From NCBI GenBank assembly GCA_965112155.1, contig OZ218105.1: a stretch of DNA of 64,000 bases; one strand, 5' to 3'. The position numbers and the translations under genes were made by a program. Under the pieces are notes generated by a model. It saw nothing but the letters and a program-made list of their open reading frames with translations, ran no database searches and was not told the origin of the DNA. Shown piece after piece: positions 11,571 through 25,348 of the stretch. Position 1 is the stretch's first letter. Every line of letters starts with the position of its first letter. The DNA is from Podarcis liolepis. Its lineage: Eukaryota.

Positions 11571-14554
11571 TAGTTTGGCAATAAGCTTTAGAACATTCTT
11601 GCCTGTTACCATTACCTCAGCTCTGCAAACTCCATTCCTGAAAATGTCGAGGCATGAGTGTCTGCCCAGAGTATCTCTGTTTGGTTTCTTGACCTCTCTG
11701 GTTGTTCCATGACCAGCTGTTCTTCCTTCCCTGTTCCCATCATCTCTGCACCTTTATGGGCCTTGTTTTCACTCAGGAAGGCCCAGTCTTTGACTTGGCA
11801 TCCTAATGTTTCTTCTCCAGCTGTTTTTATGTTAACCAACAAGTAAATTTTCTTCAGAAATATCATCAGCTCATTTGCCTGCCTTGGTGCAGCCTGATCA
11901 ACAGCAAGAACGAAGAGTCCTTCATGAGGGAAATATAATTAAATCCCAACCTTATATATCACCAGGATATTGCTGGAACATGAAATTGATTTCTCCGAAA
12001 GTCAAACCAGAGTTAGCATGTTGTTCTGACAGAAGAGCAACTGGAACATGTTTACTTCATGACTCCCTCAGATGGTGTTGGAATACTAGCTCTTACCACA
12101 CAAGGAAATCCCCATCTTCTTTACTGTTCAACCTACATCTTCCCCATCCCACCCCCCGCCACACACACTTTTCTAAGGTGATAAACTCAAGGGCAAGAGA
12201 GAACAAGCAATAAGGTGATCTTGTCATGCAGCTCAAGATTTTTAAAGCACATTAACTGTAATTTTTAGTTAGTCATAATTTAGTGAACCATTAAAAGTGA
12301 CCCAGTTCACTGAACTGAACTGAACTGAACAGATGGAATTCCACCCTCAGTCTGCTTGACTGGTTTTTTGAACAATGCAAACTCTTCTTTCAAAATCCCC
12401 TCCTAAGAGCTTCATGCAACATTTGGTGGATGCTCTGGTCTCTCTCTCTCTCTCTCTCCTCTTTGGCTCTGCAGTATTATGTAACAAAGAAGACGGCAGA
12501 TATTATTCACATCCTAAGATGCTGCTTGCTTTTTCATTTCCTTCTCTTTCTTTCTTTTTTATTTTCTTAAAAAAAAAACTAGCTCATTTTCTCATGCTAT
12601 GACTTTACAGTTATAAATTAAATAATTAATTAAACAGAAAATGGGCTGCCAGGTTCCAGCACTTTACAAACTACAGCTCTTTTACTATGTTAATGAGACT
12701 TCCTTATGCCCATGCATATAAATGTACTCCAAGAAAGATTTGTCATCCTCCTCACCCTCACACAAGACCCGCCCCCCTCCCCTCAGAATGGGCAAAAGGA
12801 CTGAATTTCTAACCTAGGGCTGTGAGGCTGTCTTCTGAGTTCCTGTCCATCATTATGTCAGTTCCTCTTTCCAACAAATGATGTCGCAACTTCCAGATAT
12901 TTCATTAGAGTGTGAGTGTGTGCCAGTGCGATAAACAAAGGGATAAATATTAATCTCCTACAAAAAGATGCATGCTGCTATTTTCAAGTCATCTAAAGTA
13001 TACCAGGGTCTTTTGATAATGCACACTGTGTAAGTAGCAAACAAAAATATTGACTTCACTGGTTTGGCTCTTTTTCATACATTTTTCATACAGTTGATAC
13101 AAGTTACAGTACAAGCAAAGTACATGGCAGTGACTGACAGAACAAAAGTGTTTTGCAGTCAAATTTAAAAATAAAAATAAAAATCTTAGAATATGTGGAG
13201 ATCATGGGACATGAGTCTGGAAAGACTAGTTGTGGGACTTTTAAGACATCTACTTTTGTAGTTTTCTACTCTTTTTCCTGTAAAAGTTAACATTCCTGTC
13301 AGGTATCCAAAACTGCTATTGCTGTCTATATACATGTTTTATGTACTAATGGCAATGTGAATTGTTAATAATAAAAGTAAATGGTGTTTTCATTTCAGGG
13401 TCAAAAGCATCTCTGGTAGACTCAGAGTGTTCTTGTTCACCAGAATGCCAATTATGGCTTTCCAGTGTGTCTTCAGGGGAAGATGTGAACATACGGTGGC
13501 ATGAAAAAGTAAGGCATTATTTGTGCATGTGTGTAACTACACTCTATGTCACACATTTAATTAATTAATTACAAAATAGTTCAGCCATTTCAAGAACATT
13601 TCCCCTCCCCAAGTTATATTAAAAACATAAATTCAATTTAGTGGAAATCTTTTTGAAATATACCAAAAATGTATACGTTTGTGATAGTGTATTATGAAGT
13701 ATATTCCTTACTGTTTGCATGACAGCAACTGAGAGGAGAAGAAGGTGTGTGAGGGCCACATCATCTATGGGTTCTATTTCATGGGAGTTCTTGAGAAAAC
13801 TTACTGCTTTCCATAGGTCTCAATGAATCAACAATTACTGTATTGTATATGCTGTTCCACTAGTAGTTAGGATTAGGTAGCAACAGCCATACTATGTACC
13901 ATTGAAGGAAATGAAATATGGGAGAGAGTCTCTTCTCTGAAAAAGCAGAGTAGCCACTATCCCTTCAGTTCCCATCACTCTCAGCTGCAGAAGACAGACA
14001 GACATTTTTAGGTGTGTCTACACAACCAGCAAGCATAGTTCCAAGACTGAGGCAGGAGAAACAGACAAAGTGGCACCAAAACCACTACACACATCAAGTA
14101 GATGATAGTATCAAGAAATCTCTGGTGTTTGCACTAATCTTCTATGCAGAGCCCATAATGTGGCTAAGCACTGGAATATACTGAAAGGGTAACTTATAGA
14201 AAACCCTGTGGGGGCTGGTGGCTGATGCAAATAAAGATTCTTCTGATCTGATTCCACTGAACTCAGTGGCACTTATTTATTTTATTATGCACATTTAGGA
14301 TTGTGCTGTTAAGCTATATTTTTAACTGTGCTTGGATAAGTCAAGTCTCATGCTTTACAATTAACAAGTAACCCCTGTCAAGAACCATGCTTTAGTTGTA
14401 CTTTAACATACAGCAATTGATACACTATCAAAAAGGTCCAAGGAGCTTGATATTAGGATTGGAAACACAATATTCTGTCAAAATATTTGTGATGATTTGC
14501 AAATTGCCAGTCAATTTGCACCCTCATTCTAGTAAAAAGGAAAAAGGTCCACAG

Positions 14555-14740
14555 AAGGGGTTCCAAGTTATTGGTTTGTGGACTCCTGGGGGTCCACACA
14601 ACCCACCCAGGGAGTCCATGGCACCATTCACAAAATAAAAACTACCATAGAGATATCAAAAGTTTCAAAAGTAGGAGGTCCATGGCTTGGCTTTTTGAAG
14701 ACTATGGGGTCTGCAGTACTTGGCTAATTGGGAACCACTG
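14555..14740. mobile_element. Degenerate hAT-Charlie-like element
   Basis: Ends are aaggggttccaa and ttgggaaccactg; flanks gtccacag and gtcttcag match 6/8; internal ggtcc/ggac subterminal motifs. Confidence 0.55.
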
Positions 14741-15265
14741 GTCTTCAGCAAAGTGGGTCTACTGTTGAGTAGCAGGCTGCCAGATTCCTTTCTGAACATA
14801 GCAGTTAAATCCCTCTCTTATTTAATAAAATATTGGCTCAGTGGACCCAGAGAATTCCCTAAGAACTTCCTACAAATTATAAAGCACCATCCTACTTTAC
14901 ATATAGCATGCGATTTCCCTAGCATCTCACGATTCAAAACAGTAAAGATGTAACAAAAGAAGAGACACTCTTTCATCCCAGAAGGAAGCAGCTGTATTCC
15001 AGTCAGAAAGCTGTTCCACATGTTACATAACAGCATACCCAATTTGCTACCAAGAGTACACTCAGTGGGGAGTCACAGCCAATCATGGCTGTTTGATTGG
15101 TGTACCTGCATGATACATGTGTTTACTGCATTCACACTTTCTATTTTGTAGGACCTAGGACATTGTATGTATACACCTAAAAATATAAAGTGTGGGTGCA
15201 ACTAGCACAGCTTTCAGCTTCACATCGCTTCACATGTCACGTTTAAAATGTCCACCTGAGACATA

Positions 15266-15435
15266 CCCGTATTTTTCACTCTATAACACGCACCCGACCA
15301 TAACACGCACGTAGTTTTTAGAGGAGGAAAATCCGTAGGCATGCCACCCATAGGCATTCCCTCCATAACACGCACAGACATTTCCCCTTACTTTTTAGGA
15401 GGAAAAAAGTGAGTGTTATGGTCCAAAAAATACGG
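15266..15435. mobile_element. Tc2/pogo-like MITE with CCGTA-type TIR
   Basis: TA|(C)CCGTATTTTT ... AAAAAATACGG|TA, with three internal ATAACACGCAC repeats. Confidence 0.8.
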
Positions 15436-15622
15436 TAGGTGAACAATTAAAATGTAATGTGCTGTTTGTCCCTAAGCAGATTTGGTGCAGTTGGCCTCCC
15501 ATTCAAGTGAATCTTAAAACTCCCCAAAATATTGTCTCTGGAGTGACCCCAACACACCATACTTAGGGACTAGCAAAATCCTTAGCCCACTGGATCAGTT
15601 CGACTATCAGATTGTGCCCTGA

Positions 15623-15972
15623 GGGACGCGGGTGGCGCTGTGGGTAAAACCTCAGCGCCTAGGACTTGCCGATCACATGGTCGGCAGTTTGAATCCCCGT
15701 GGCGGGGTGCGCTCCCGTTGCTCGGTCCCAGCACCTTGCAACCTAGCAGTTCGAAAGCACCCTCGGGTGCAAGTAGATAAATAGGGACCGCTTACTAGCG
15801 GGAAGGTAAACGGCATTTCTGTGTGCGGCTCTGGCTCGCCAGAGCAGCTTCGTCACGCTGGCCATGTGACCCGGAAGTGTCTGCGGACAGCGCTGGCTCC
15901 CGGCCTCTAGAGTGAGATGAGCGCACAACCCTAGCGTCTGTCAAGACTGGCCCATACGGGCAGGGGTACCTT
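15623..15972 (+). mobile_element. Sauria-family SINE, near full length
   Basis: tRNA-like head gggacgcgggtggcgctgtgg (A box) and B-box-like gtttgaatcccc; body cctagcagttcgaaagca...gtgcaagtagataaatagg...gggaaggtaaacggc; 3' end caggggtacctt. Confidence 0.88.
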
Positions 15973-16414
15973 GATGCACAGACAACCCATTCTTTGTCTT
16001 TCCAATTCAGTTTGATTAGGATAAATTTAACAGAATAAAAATAGGCAAAAACCAAACAATAATATTAGGATTTGGAGAAGTCACATAAAACCAACCCAGT
16101 AAGGCTTTTAATAAGCACAACAGTTATATAGCACTAATTAATACTGGAAGAGACTACACCCTATTAATATTATTATTATTATTTTATTTAATAGGTATGC
16201 TTTAAAAGAGATGAATATAAATCTTTGCAATATAAAATTACCTTGTTTTACTAAGAGGAGTTTTAATCAGATGAATGGACTTGTATGTACTAGTTAACTT
16301 TGCTGGAGTTTAGTCGTTGTATTTAAAGCAGATTTTATCCTAGAGTGATATTAATTTGATAGGATCCCTGATCTGTAAACCATTGGTTATCTTGGTCTCT
16401 CCTGATAAGAAAAA

Positions 16415-16626
16415 NNNNNNNNNNNNNNNNNNNNNNNNNNNNNNNNNNNNNNNNNNNNNNNNNNNNNNNNNNNNNNNNNNNNNNNNNNNNNNNNNNNNNN
16501 NNNNNNNNNNNNNNNNNNNNNNNNNNNNNNNNNNNNNNNNNNNNNNNNNNNNNNNNNNNNNNNNNNNNNNNNNNNNNNNNNNNNNNNNNNNNNNNNNNNN
16601 NNNNNNNNNNNNNNNNNNNNNNNNNN
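16415..16626. other. Assembly gap (212 N)
   Basis: N run. Confidence 0.99.
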
Positions 16627-19600
16627 ACTAAGGTCTTAAATATTTCTTAGACTGCTTTTAAAAGATTCATAGTGCAGCAGCACCTAGATCACATCTTCCC
16701 ACCCTACTGAAAACCCTGAAATTCTCTGCAAGACACCATTAAGCACAAAAGGAGTGAAAAGGGGTGCGGGAGAAACCTGAAACTGTACACTTACACTACA
16801 GGGACAAACAGAGCAAATTTTATTTATTAATCAGTATTTTAGTTCTTACATGCAAAACTCAGATGAACAACTGGATAGTACCTTGCATTTTTAGGAAGGT
16901 CCACTTAAAGAATGCTTCCACATGTGAATTTTCACATGTGGCTATAACCAGTGGATAGGGAATAACATATAATCTTTTCTTTTGCTGCCACATGTGATTA
17001 ATACACATGTACCTATTTTGCCCTTTGAAAATATAGTAAGTGGCCTTGCATTTCTATGTTGTGCACAGAAAGCAAAAAGGGGACATGTGATAGGACATAT
17101 GTGGAGTTCATACCATTTCTTATATGGAAGTTAGATCCATGTATGTGCGAAGTAACACATGTGCTAAGACCTGTGGTTTTTTGAACAGTCCTGCATTAAC
17201 TCACATCATCAATACATGTATGGCAAGTACTATGCATTAAGGGATTTCTACACTTCACAAAAAATGATTGAAGGGTGGTTTTTAAAAAGCAGGTAATATA
17301 AATCATAATGCATAATAAACAGAAGCATTAAAACAAAACAGAAACAATAAAATAATTCACATAAGGCACATAATTAACAACAAAATGACATTTGTGTACA
17401 GAGCTACAAAGTACTGTACCCATTATCTTTTCTCTTTAGTAGCTTGAAGAAGCTTAGTTAATTTAGTTTAGTTTAAAGTGATTTACAAAAAAATAATAAA
17501 AAATGCAAAATTACATAGTAAAATACCCATAAAACAATACAAAAGTGTTCTTGCAAAATCACCTAAAACAAGAATGTCTGCCTCCAACCAACACAAAATT
17601 AGCAAATTATTGTCTTTTGTTCATAAGATTGTTTATTCTCAAATTCATGGTATATTCAGGATAAAGGGCAGGGGGTGCACTTTGCCAAGAGCTGTCTTCA
17701 AAGCTGGGGTAGATGTTTTTGCAGCTGTCTGCAGAGCCAGTGTGCCCAACAGTCAAGCCAGCCAACCACCTAATTTCAGCAGAGTGTCTTCCTTAAAGTG
17801 TCACAAAGACATTTTCAGAACAGGCTGTGGGCTCTTGTGGAAATAGCAGGTGCAATATTCTGAGCCTGAATGTTTATGTTCTGGGGAAAGCATAACAGAC
17901 AGTTTTTGTGATACATATAAAGGTGGGTACAAAGTGCACTACTTAGTCTCACTCACTAAGCTGCCTAAGATAAACTGTTGCTTTGCCGGCAAACCTTTGG
18001 GCTAATTCAAATGGCCAAAGGCCGGCGACAGATTATTTCCCCCCAGATATTTAAGCAGGTAAAAGCTGCTTGTTGTGTGTATTTCTATCCCACTTTTGTT
18101 GCTGGTGAATAGATTTTGCTAGTTTGTGCTGTGCTGGAAAACATGGAAAGCCTGTTAGAACCAGAGGAAATGCCCCTGGCCAGTCTCTCGCAACTACTAT
18201 GGCAGCCTCTCCCAATCTGATGCCCTTCAGATGTTTTGCACTACAACTTCCATCAGCCCCAGCCACAGTCCAACAATATCTGGACAGCCGTTTGTGGGAG
18301 ATTGTTCTATGCAGTAGTATCTTTCACATCAGCCAGCCCTTTCTTTCTGGAAAGAAGAGCCTAGAACATGACTCTATCATCAACTCCTAAGGACTAGAAG
18401 ACTCAGGGGTAGGGAGGCCCCATACCCTGAAGACACATGTGGCCCTCCTGGCATTTCTTGTAAGCCCTTGGCAATTTCCCCAGGCCATGTTTCCTCTCCC
18501 TAGACTACCCCTTCCACCAGCCCTGGCCTGGTGGAGAATAAAGGAGAGAGGTGGGGTGTGCAGAAACCTCTGGTTTTGTATAGCTGGAGTGAACCCTACT
18601 GTACAAAAGTGAGGGCTCAGTCACACTTAACTTTCCTTTGCTCTTTCCAGGCATGTTCTGCCTGCATGTCTGAACACCCTTTTTTTTATTTGCCCTGGAG
18701 CTTTCCCCATGAAAACCTGCTCTTTTGCACTCAATCGGAGCAAATGTCAATCTGTGGGGAACCCAGATTTTCCACTAAAAAACTAAGGAGCTGGTTTTTG
18801 CAGGGAAAGCTCTGGGGTAGGAGGGAAGCACGCTCAGACCTAAAGCTTTGAAGCACAAGCCTGTGCCTGGAAACAGCAGGGCAAAAGGTAAGTGTGGATA
18901 AGCCCTAAGAGCCTTCATATTTTTGCTTCTGGCCACACCTGTCATCACTTGCAGCCACTTTGCAGTCATTGAGGAAATGTGGGCAGCATTGCAAGCTGAC
19001 TTGGTCCAATATTCTGTCTCTCCCATGCACTTAATATACAGAGCAATTCCTCTACTGCAAAGTCCACAAACATATTAGCAATGTACATGCTGCAGTCTTT
19101 GTTTTCTACTTGCCTTCCAGTTTTAAAAAAAGGAATCTAATCTTGAAACCTTTACTCGCCCTTTAGTTTCATGTGCCTATTATCCCCGCCTACTTGTATC
19201 TAATTTTCTGGTTTTTCCTGGAGCGTTGTGAAAGTCATTATGACATGTAATCAGTGATTGAGTTGCTCTTCTTCAGGAAACCAAGTGTTGCTGAGCATTA
19301 CAATCTACATTATTATTTTGTTATTATAACTGGGATAGATGTATCTGAAGTCTATATTCCCAAGAATTATGCTGTTGGTCATTTTTCAGCTTGGCTAAAA
19401 TGTTATTACTGCAACAAAAGACCAACATTGCACGTGCATTTAACCCACAAAACCATGTTGTGTTCTGTCTGATTGCTGGGGTGGGGTGGCTATCACTATA
19501 GGCTTGCCTTGAAGCAATCCTGATCACAGTTTGGTTTTCGACAAAGAAACTCTCTTCACTCAGGATGAGTTGTGGATGTTTCCTCAATGGGATTTACGGT

Positions 19601-20517
19601 TAGGCATTAGCCAGACTCTCTCAAGTGTTTGGAATGGGAGAGCCATTAGACCTTGAGAAAACTCATCTTTCCTGCAGTCAAAGAGGGATTGTAGTTTGGG
19701 GACAAGGCAGATTAAGGAGAAAGAACTGAGTTTTGAGTCGCTAAGTGGAGCCGACTTGGGGTGTAGGTTTTTCGCTCTCTGAAGATCTCGTGCAGGACTG
19801 CTGAACTACTGCTTTGGAGAAGTGCTTTTGCTGATTCCTTCATTTTTGTGCTACTTGTAAACAATTCAAATATTATAAAAACACCTAACATCTTCGGTGA
19901 TCTCCCCTTCCAAAGGACATCAGACTCAAGTAGTGCTGTACTAGAACGTCTTACTCCTCAGGAAAGTGGGGGACATGTGACAGTACCTTGTCCTTATGTA
20001 TGCATGATGCTCTGCTCCACACCTTGCATACATAAATTTACATTCATAGAATTTAGTGTGTTAAATGTGCACATCAAGTCTACTCGACCTGCACACAATT
20101 ATTTATTCTGTGTCTTACCATCTGAATAACTTTCTAAGCTGAAGAACCTTTTTAAATCAGGGTATGTCTCCACTGCAGAATTCCCTACTCATATTGTTGA
20201 TTTCAGCTTGTATTTGTGAGAACAGAAACTTTTCCTTGTGAGAAAACCCTGTTCCGATAATTTCACTATTGCACAGTATGGTTGCTTAACTTGTTGGCAA
20301 CTGGATTGCATTTGCAAGAAAAAATCCTAACCAGTGGAAGTTAGGCTCACCCAGCAATGAGCATCTCCAAACACAGGCAGAGAGATGGGCAAGTCTTGCA
20401 CAAGGACATTACTCATTCCATGCACATACAACATGGCAAAGTTCCAGAAGTAATGAATAACTTCTAGGATTAATATATTATTATATCTATAGGCAGAGGC
20501 TTTGCTGCTATTATACA

Positions 20518-20876
20518 GTAAAGGTAAAGGTAAAGGTAAAGGTAAAGGGACCCCTTGACCATTAGGTCCATTCGTGACCGACTCTGGGGTTGTGACGCTC
20601 ATCTCACTTTATTGGCCGAGGGAGCCGGTGTACAGCTTCCGGGTCATGTGGCCAGCGTGACTAAGCCGCTTCTGGCAAACCAGAGCAGTGCATGGAAACA
20701 TCGTTTACCTTCCCGCTGGAGCAGTACCTATTTATCTACTTGCACTTTGATGTGCTTTTGAACTGCTAGGTTGGCAGGAGCAGGGACCAAGCAACAGGAG
20801 CTCAACCTGTTGCGGGGATTCAAACCGCCAACCTTCTGATCAGCAAGCCCTAGGCTCTGTAGTTTAACCCACAGTG
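20518..20876 (-). mobile_element. Sauria-family SINE (different subfamily) with (ACCTTT)n tail
   Basis: (GGTAAA)n at about 20518-20548 is the ACCTTT tail on the minus strand. The body is the reverse-complement homologue of 15623-15972 (tttaccttcccgct, cctatttatctacttgcac, aactgctaggttggc). Confidence 0.88.
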
Positions 20877-21435
20877 GTGGGGTGCAATTTCATCCTTCTG
20901 CAGTCCTGGACAGTTTTGAATGCAGTAACTCAGTGGCTACTGCAATTTCTAAATGTGTTTTCTTGAAATGCCATGTGTAAAATGGGCATTGAGTTCAAAG
21001 CTATAGTGATGTTAGGTTAGTGAAGTTCAGATAGTCCTCTAGAACAGATTCCCATTTTACATATGCTGACCCACACTCATGGGACGCTTTCCAATGAAAC
21101 CAATCACGCATGTAATGAATGTGTGGAGGTAGAAGCAAGAACCAAGAAGGTACCCACTCCTCCATGCCCTCCTGTGCCTGCTGGCTACACCCCTGCGGTT
21201 CCGCATTCAGCATTGGTGAGAAAGGTACCTTACGCACTGACAGCTGTACACACCTAGGACTTTGCCCAGTTAGAACTTCATATTGGATAGTGGAGACTTC
21301 CACTGAGAGCAAATATGAAAGACAACCCATACAGAACTTGAAGGGATGATATGAGAAATAAATTGGGTGATGTTGAAATAGAAGGGCATTTCCATTTGGA
21401 AGAAAATATGACCGATAATTCAAGAAGGAAATACA

Positions 21436-21563
21436 TTGCCCATGGAAAGCTTTTAAGGTGTGACATTTGTTGTGTTTTGGTATATTCTGTTGGAAGCAGC
21501 CAAGAGTGGCTGGGGCAACCCAGTCAGATGGGCGGACTATAAAAAACACATTGTTGTTGTTGT
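21436..21563 (+). mobile_element. L2 3' tail
   Basis: tctgttggaagcagccaagagtggctggggcaacccagtcagatgggcgg matches the 53.6-kb L2 3' UTR; (TTG)n tail. Confidence 0.75.
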
Positions 21564-22714
21564 TAATTTGCTTTTTAATGAGTCTGAGGATGAAAATGAG
21601 ATGTAACAGAAGAGCCAATGTTATCTATTTGTGTAATGTGTTACTGCGACATTGATAGAAAGTCTTAAGAAGGGAAATTGAGTCCCCACCCCACTCTGTG
21701 TACTTGTACACCTCTGATGGTTTGAATCCAGCCAGTAGTTACTAATAGCAACACGTACTACCTCTATATTTAAGCGACAAGGAAGCAATTTTATTTAATT
21801 TCCTGCCATAAAACCTTTGCAAGTGTTATAAAACCAATATAGTATTTAAAGATGACACAACAATGGGATAGGGGCAGTAATAATGCTGTTGATTCACTGC
21901 TTACTCTCTGCAAAACGTAGCCATGTGAAGAATCTCTGGGGGCGGGAAGAATTTGGACTTAGGATGTGGTGAGCTGCCTTCATTACCACACAACCAGAGG
22001 AAAACATGCAGATACATTTGAGCAGTCTGCTGGGAGAACAAAGCAATTGGCAACACATGGTCTGGCTTTCCGTCAGGTTGTCTTGGCCATGGTGATGGCT
22101 GAAGAACAGATCTTTTGGGTGGGCAAAGCCAGTAGGCAGGAACAGGCAATAAATTAGAGCACTAAGATGACATACATGACATTGTTGTCTTCAGTGAGTC
22201 AAAGGAGGCATGTGTTATTTGTAAGCAGCTGCATGCAACATTATTCATCATCATTGTCTATTTGTATGCTGCCTTTCCACCATTAAACCATGCCCAAGGC
22301 TGTTTACAACATGAAAAATTTTACATAATTACAAAAATAGAACAAAGGTACAGTAGTCATAAGCAATAAACAAAATACAATAAGTATCCAATAAAATTAA
22401 ACAATCCCCACATAAGTCATAGTAAGTTCTATCAATAAAGATACAGTACAAGAGATACTAATAACAGTGAAAATTAAGCATCTCCAAAATTAAATATTTT
22501 CTCCAACAAAGAAGAACAAAACCTGAACAGTATTCTACCCCAAGAGTCTCTAGGCATCCTGAACAGAATACACAGCAAAGGTGGTCTCTGGCCTCTTCTT
22601 TTGTAGCTGGAGTCAGTCAGTCAGGACCCTTCACTGCCAGGCCAGGTGGAAAGAGACTAACAAGGTAGAGAGCAGGTCTTGCAAGACTCATAGCAAAAAT
22701 CAAAAGGTATGAGG

Positions 22715-22780
22715 GCATTGCAGGGGGTTTGACTAGATGACCCTCGGGATCCTTTCCAACTCTACAATTCTATGATTCTA
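22715..22780 (+). mobile_element. CR1 LINE or SINE 3' tail fragment
   Basis: gcattgcagggggtttgactagatgaccctcgggatcctttccaactctacaattctatgattcta. Confidence 0.75.
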
Positions 22781-25224
22781 GTATTACAATGTGGTCTCAA
22801 TGTCAGTGAAGGGAGAGGAACAGGAGAAATGCTCAAAAAGTTTGCAGAAGCCCTTGGTGCCAAGAAGAAAGGGTAGCACATTAGTGATAGATCTCTGTCC
22901 TTATTTTGAATGCCTCACGATGCCCCAGGCATGGTCTGCCACTGCTGAAATTGCACAGGCTTGCTATACCATGTGACACACCATCAAACGTACTCCACAT
23001 ATTTAACCAGTTAATGGTTCACTAAGTAGTGTGACTTTCAAGGGCAGAACCAGGAATCCATGATTTGTTAAGTATCTCTCCACTGACACCTCCCTACATA
23101 AAAAGTGACAGGTGACAACTGGCTTTCTTGCTGGTTAGTTTACAGGTGTATGTTCATTGGTGGGTAGGCAGTGTCCAGATGTTCTCTTACTGACAGATAT
23201 TTTCCATGTTTAGGAATGCACTTCATGTTTTTAAATGCCCTTGATACTGGGTGAAAAGCAAGTCCTAATTCCTGAAGCCTTGGGATCTGTAAATTGTTCT
23301 GTTTTGGTCACCAATTGTTCTTGTCATTGCCCTTTCAGAGAAGACCTTTGTATGTCATCATGTTGCAATGTAAGGTAAGGCAAAGCAGTTGCCCTAGATT
23401 CTGGTCTCTTGAGTGCTGTGGCTTAACTTTCATCTGCTAATGTGCTTTCACTCTCACTGTTTCTGCCCTTTTAACTTTTCCCTTCTTCAGTAAATATAGA
23501 GGGATGTGCTTGCAGAAAGCCTCTTAGAATAGCATTTTCTGCAGCAAAATGTATTCTTTTCTTACTTTTTCTTTTTGTGCATCATTATCTTCCCAGTCTG
23601 CAGTCTGTTAAGCATGTAGACAACATTATTTTCAAAGGTAGAAAAATACAAGTAAAAACAAACAAACAAAGTTGGTAGGGGCATCTTAAAGAATTATCTA
23701 CTCACTGCAATGCAAGCTTTGCAAGCAAGGGTCTGCTTTATCAGGTGGACAATGAAGGTGCTTGTATGTGTGCATATACTGTATAAGGTGAAAACCAGTG
23801 CTGTGTTCCACTCATGGCATGGCTCTTGATCCAGCAAAGAGGTCTGAAGGGGAGGTGATCTGTGCTGATTCCCCCTGCAGCACCCATTAGTGGCCAATAT
23901 GGTGGGGTGCCACTGCTCACCTGATCTCCAGTCGGTCATATTGCTACTGCTTACTGAAAATGCACCCAAGAGCCAATCCAATGTTCCTGCCAGTGCATTT
24001 CCACTGCACCAATCTCCTTGCTATCTCTTCCCTGCCCCTCTACCTCCTGGTAAGCTGCAGAGCAATGTGAACGACCAGAGGTTAGGTGAGCAGTGGTATC
24101 TCATCACACCATCTCCTACTAGCAGCATCCACACAACATTCTACACTGTTTTGTAGGGTCCCCCTGCACCCTGGAAGAGGTTTTTCTACCACAAGCCAGA
24201 AGGAAGAATCAGCACAGGGCACTGCTGAAATTTGAAAGCCCCAAAGACACCACTCCCAGGAGCATGGTCCTTCAACCACCAATAAAAAGCTAACTGATGT
24301 TCACTTAAGTGTTTACATGCCTTTCCCTACTATCTTAATATCGTGGGGTGGATACAGGAAGAGGTTGAAGTAAGGACACATCTGCAATGGTTGCCTATAC
24401 AAGACAAACAGAAGAAGCAAAAAAGAATGTGTGCTAGGCTTGGAGAATGCAAACAAAGGATTACCAAAGTCAAGAGGACTACCAGAATTAAAATATAGGG
24501 CAGCATATATCACATTTCAATCACAGCTTTTATGAAAAACCGAATGTGGCAAAACAGTTTAGTCCATTGTTCTGAGTGCTGCACCTTTCGTACAAAAAAA
24601 ATCAAAATGATTCAAGAACACTGGTAGTCTAATTTAGGTGGTCACAGCACAGTGAAACATTAAAAGGAATACAGTTCACTGGACTGAATCGGACTGAAAG
24701 AGTGGAATTCAACCCTCCATATGCTTGAGCAGTCTGCATCATGCCAAACTTTCTATTACCATTCCTCTCAAATGCCTGTGTCTCAGAGTTGAAGGGAAAC
24801 TACAGACCCATTACTGAGCTCCCAACAGCATGATCATACAATGCAAGAAGCACTTTAATGAGTGGAAAAAAGAGAGTGAAATGTCTTTTTTGCAAAGTTC
24901 TTGCTAATGCTGTTTGGGATCATCGAGGCTTGTGCAGTAAATATTAATCTTGCTAGAAACCGATACCATTTGTGACCCTAGCAAAGAAGAAACTGTTAAA
25001 GAGCAAGTGTATAGTCTGCATTAATGATTATGAGAATAAGGAACTTTTAGGGACAACATTTCATTTGGGCCTGTAACTGGTTCATACTTGTACCCACTTC
25101 ATTCTCTTTCTTTGACTTTTTGTAAGAGCAACAGCTTTTTGTGGACCGCACAAGCTGTGAACTCATTTGCAAAATGTTATATGCATCTAACAGCTAGTTA
25201 TATAAAGCTAGGTTTTTTTAAATC

Positions 25225-25348
25225 CAGTGCTATTTTTCTAGAAAAAGGTGCCGGAACTCACCATGAACGCCTCCCTTGCTCTCTTATAATGGCAGTGGCA
25301 CCCACCTGAGAGATGCCGGAACTGTGTTCCAGCTCAAAAAAAGCCCTG
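25225..25348. mobile_element. hAT MITE related to 30624-30756
   Basis: TTTAAATC|CAGTGCTATTTTTCTAGAAAAA ... AAAAAAAGCCCTG|TTTATATC (TSD 7/8 match). Confidence 0.85.

Noticed and set aside
19456-19982. Solo LTR as a listed feature
   Set aside because: TG...CA ends are present but there is no matching TSD, so support is too weak.
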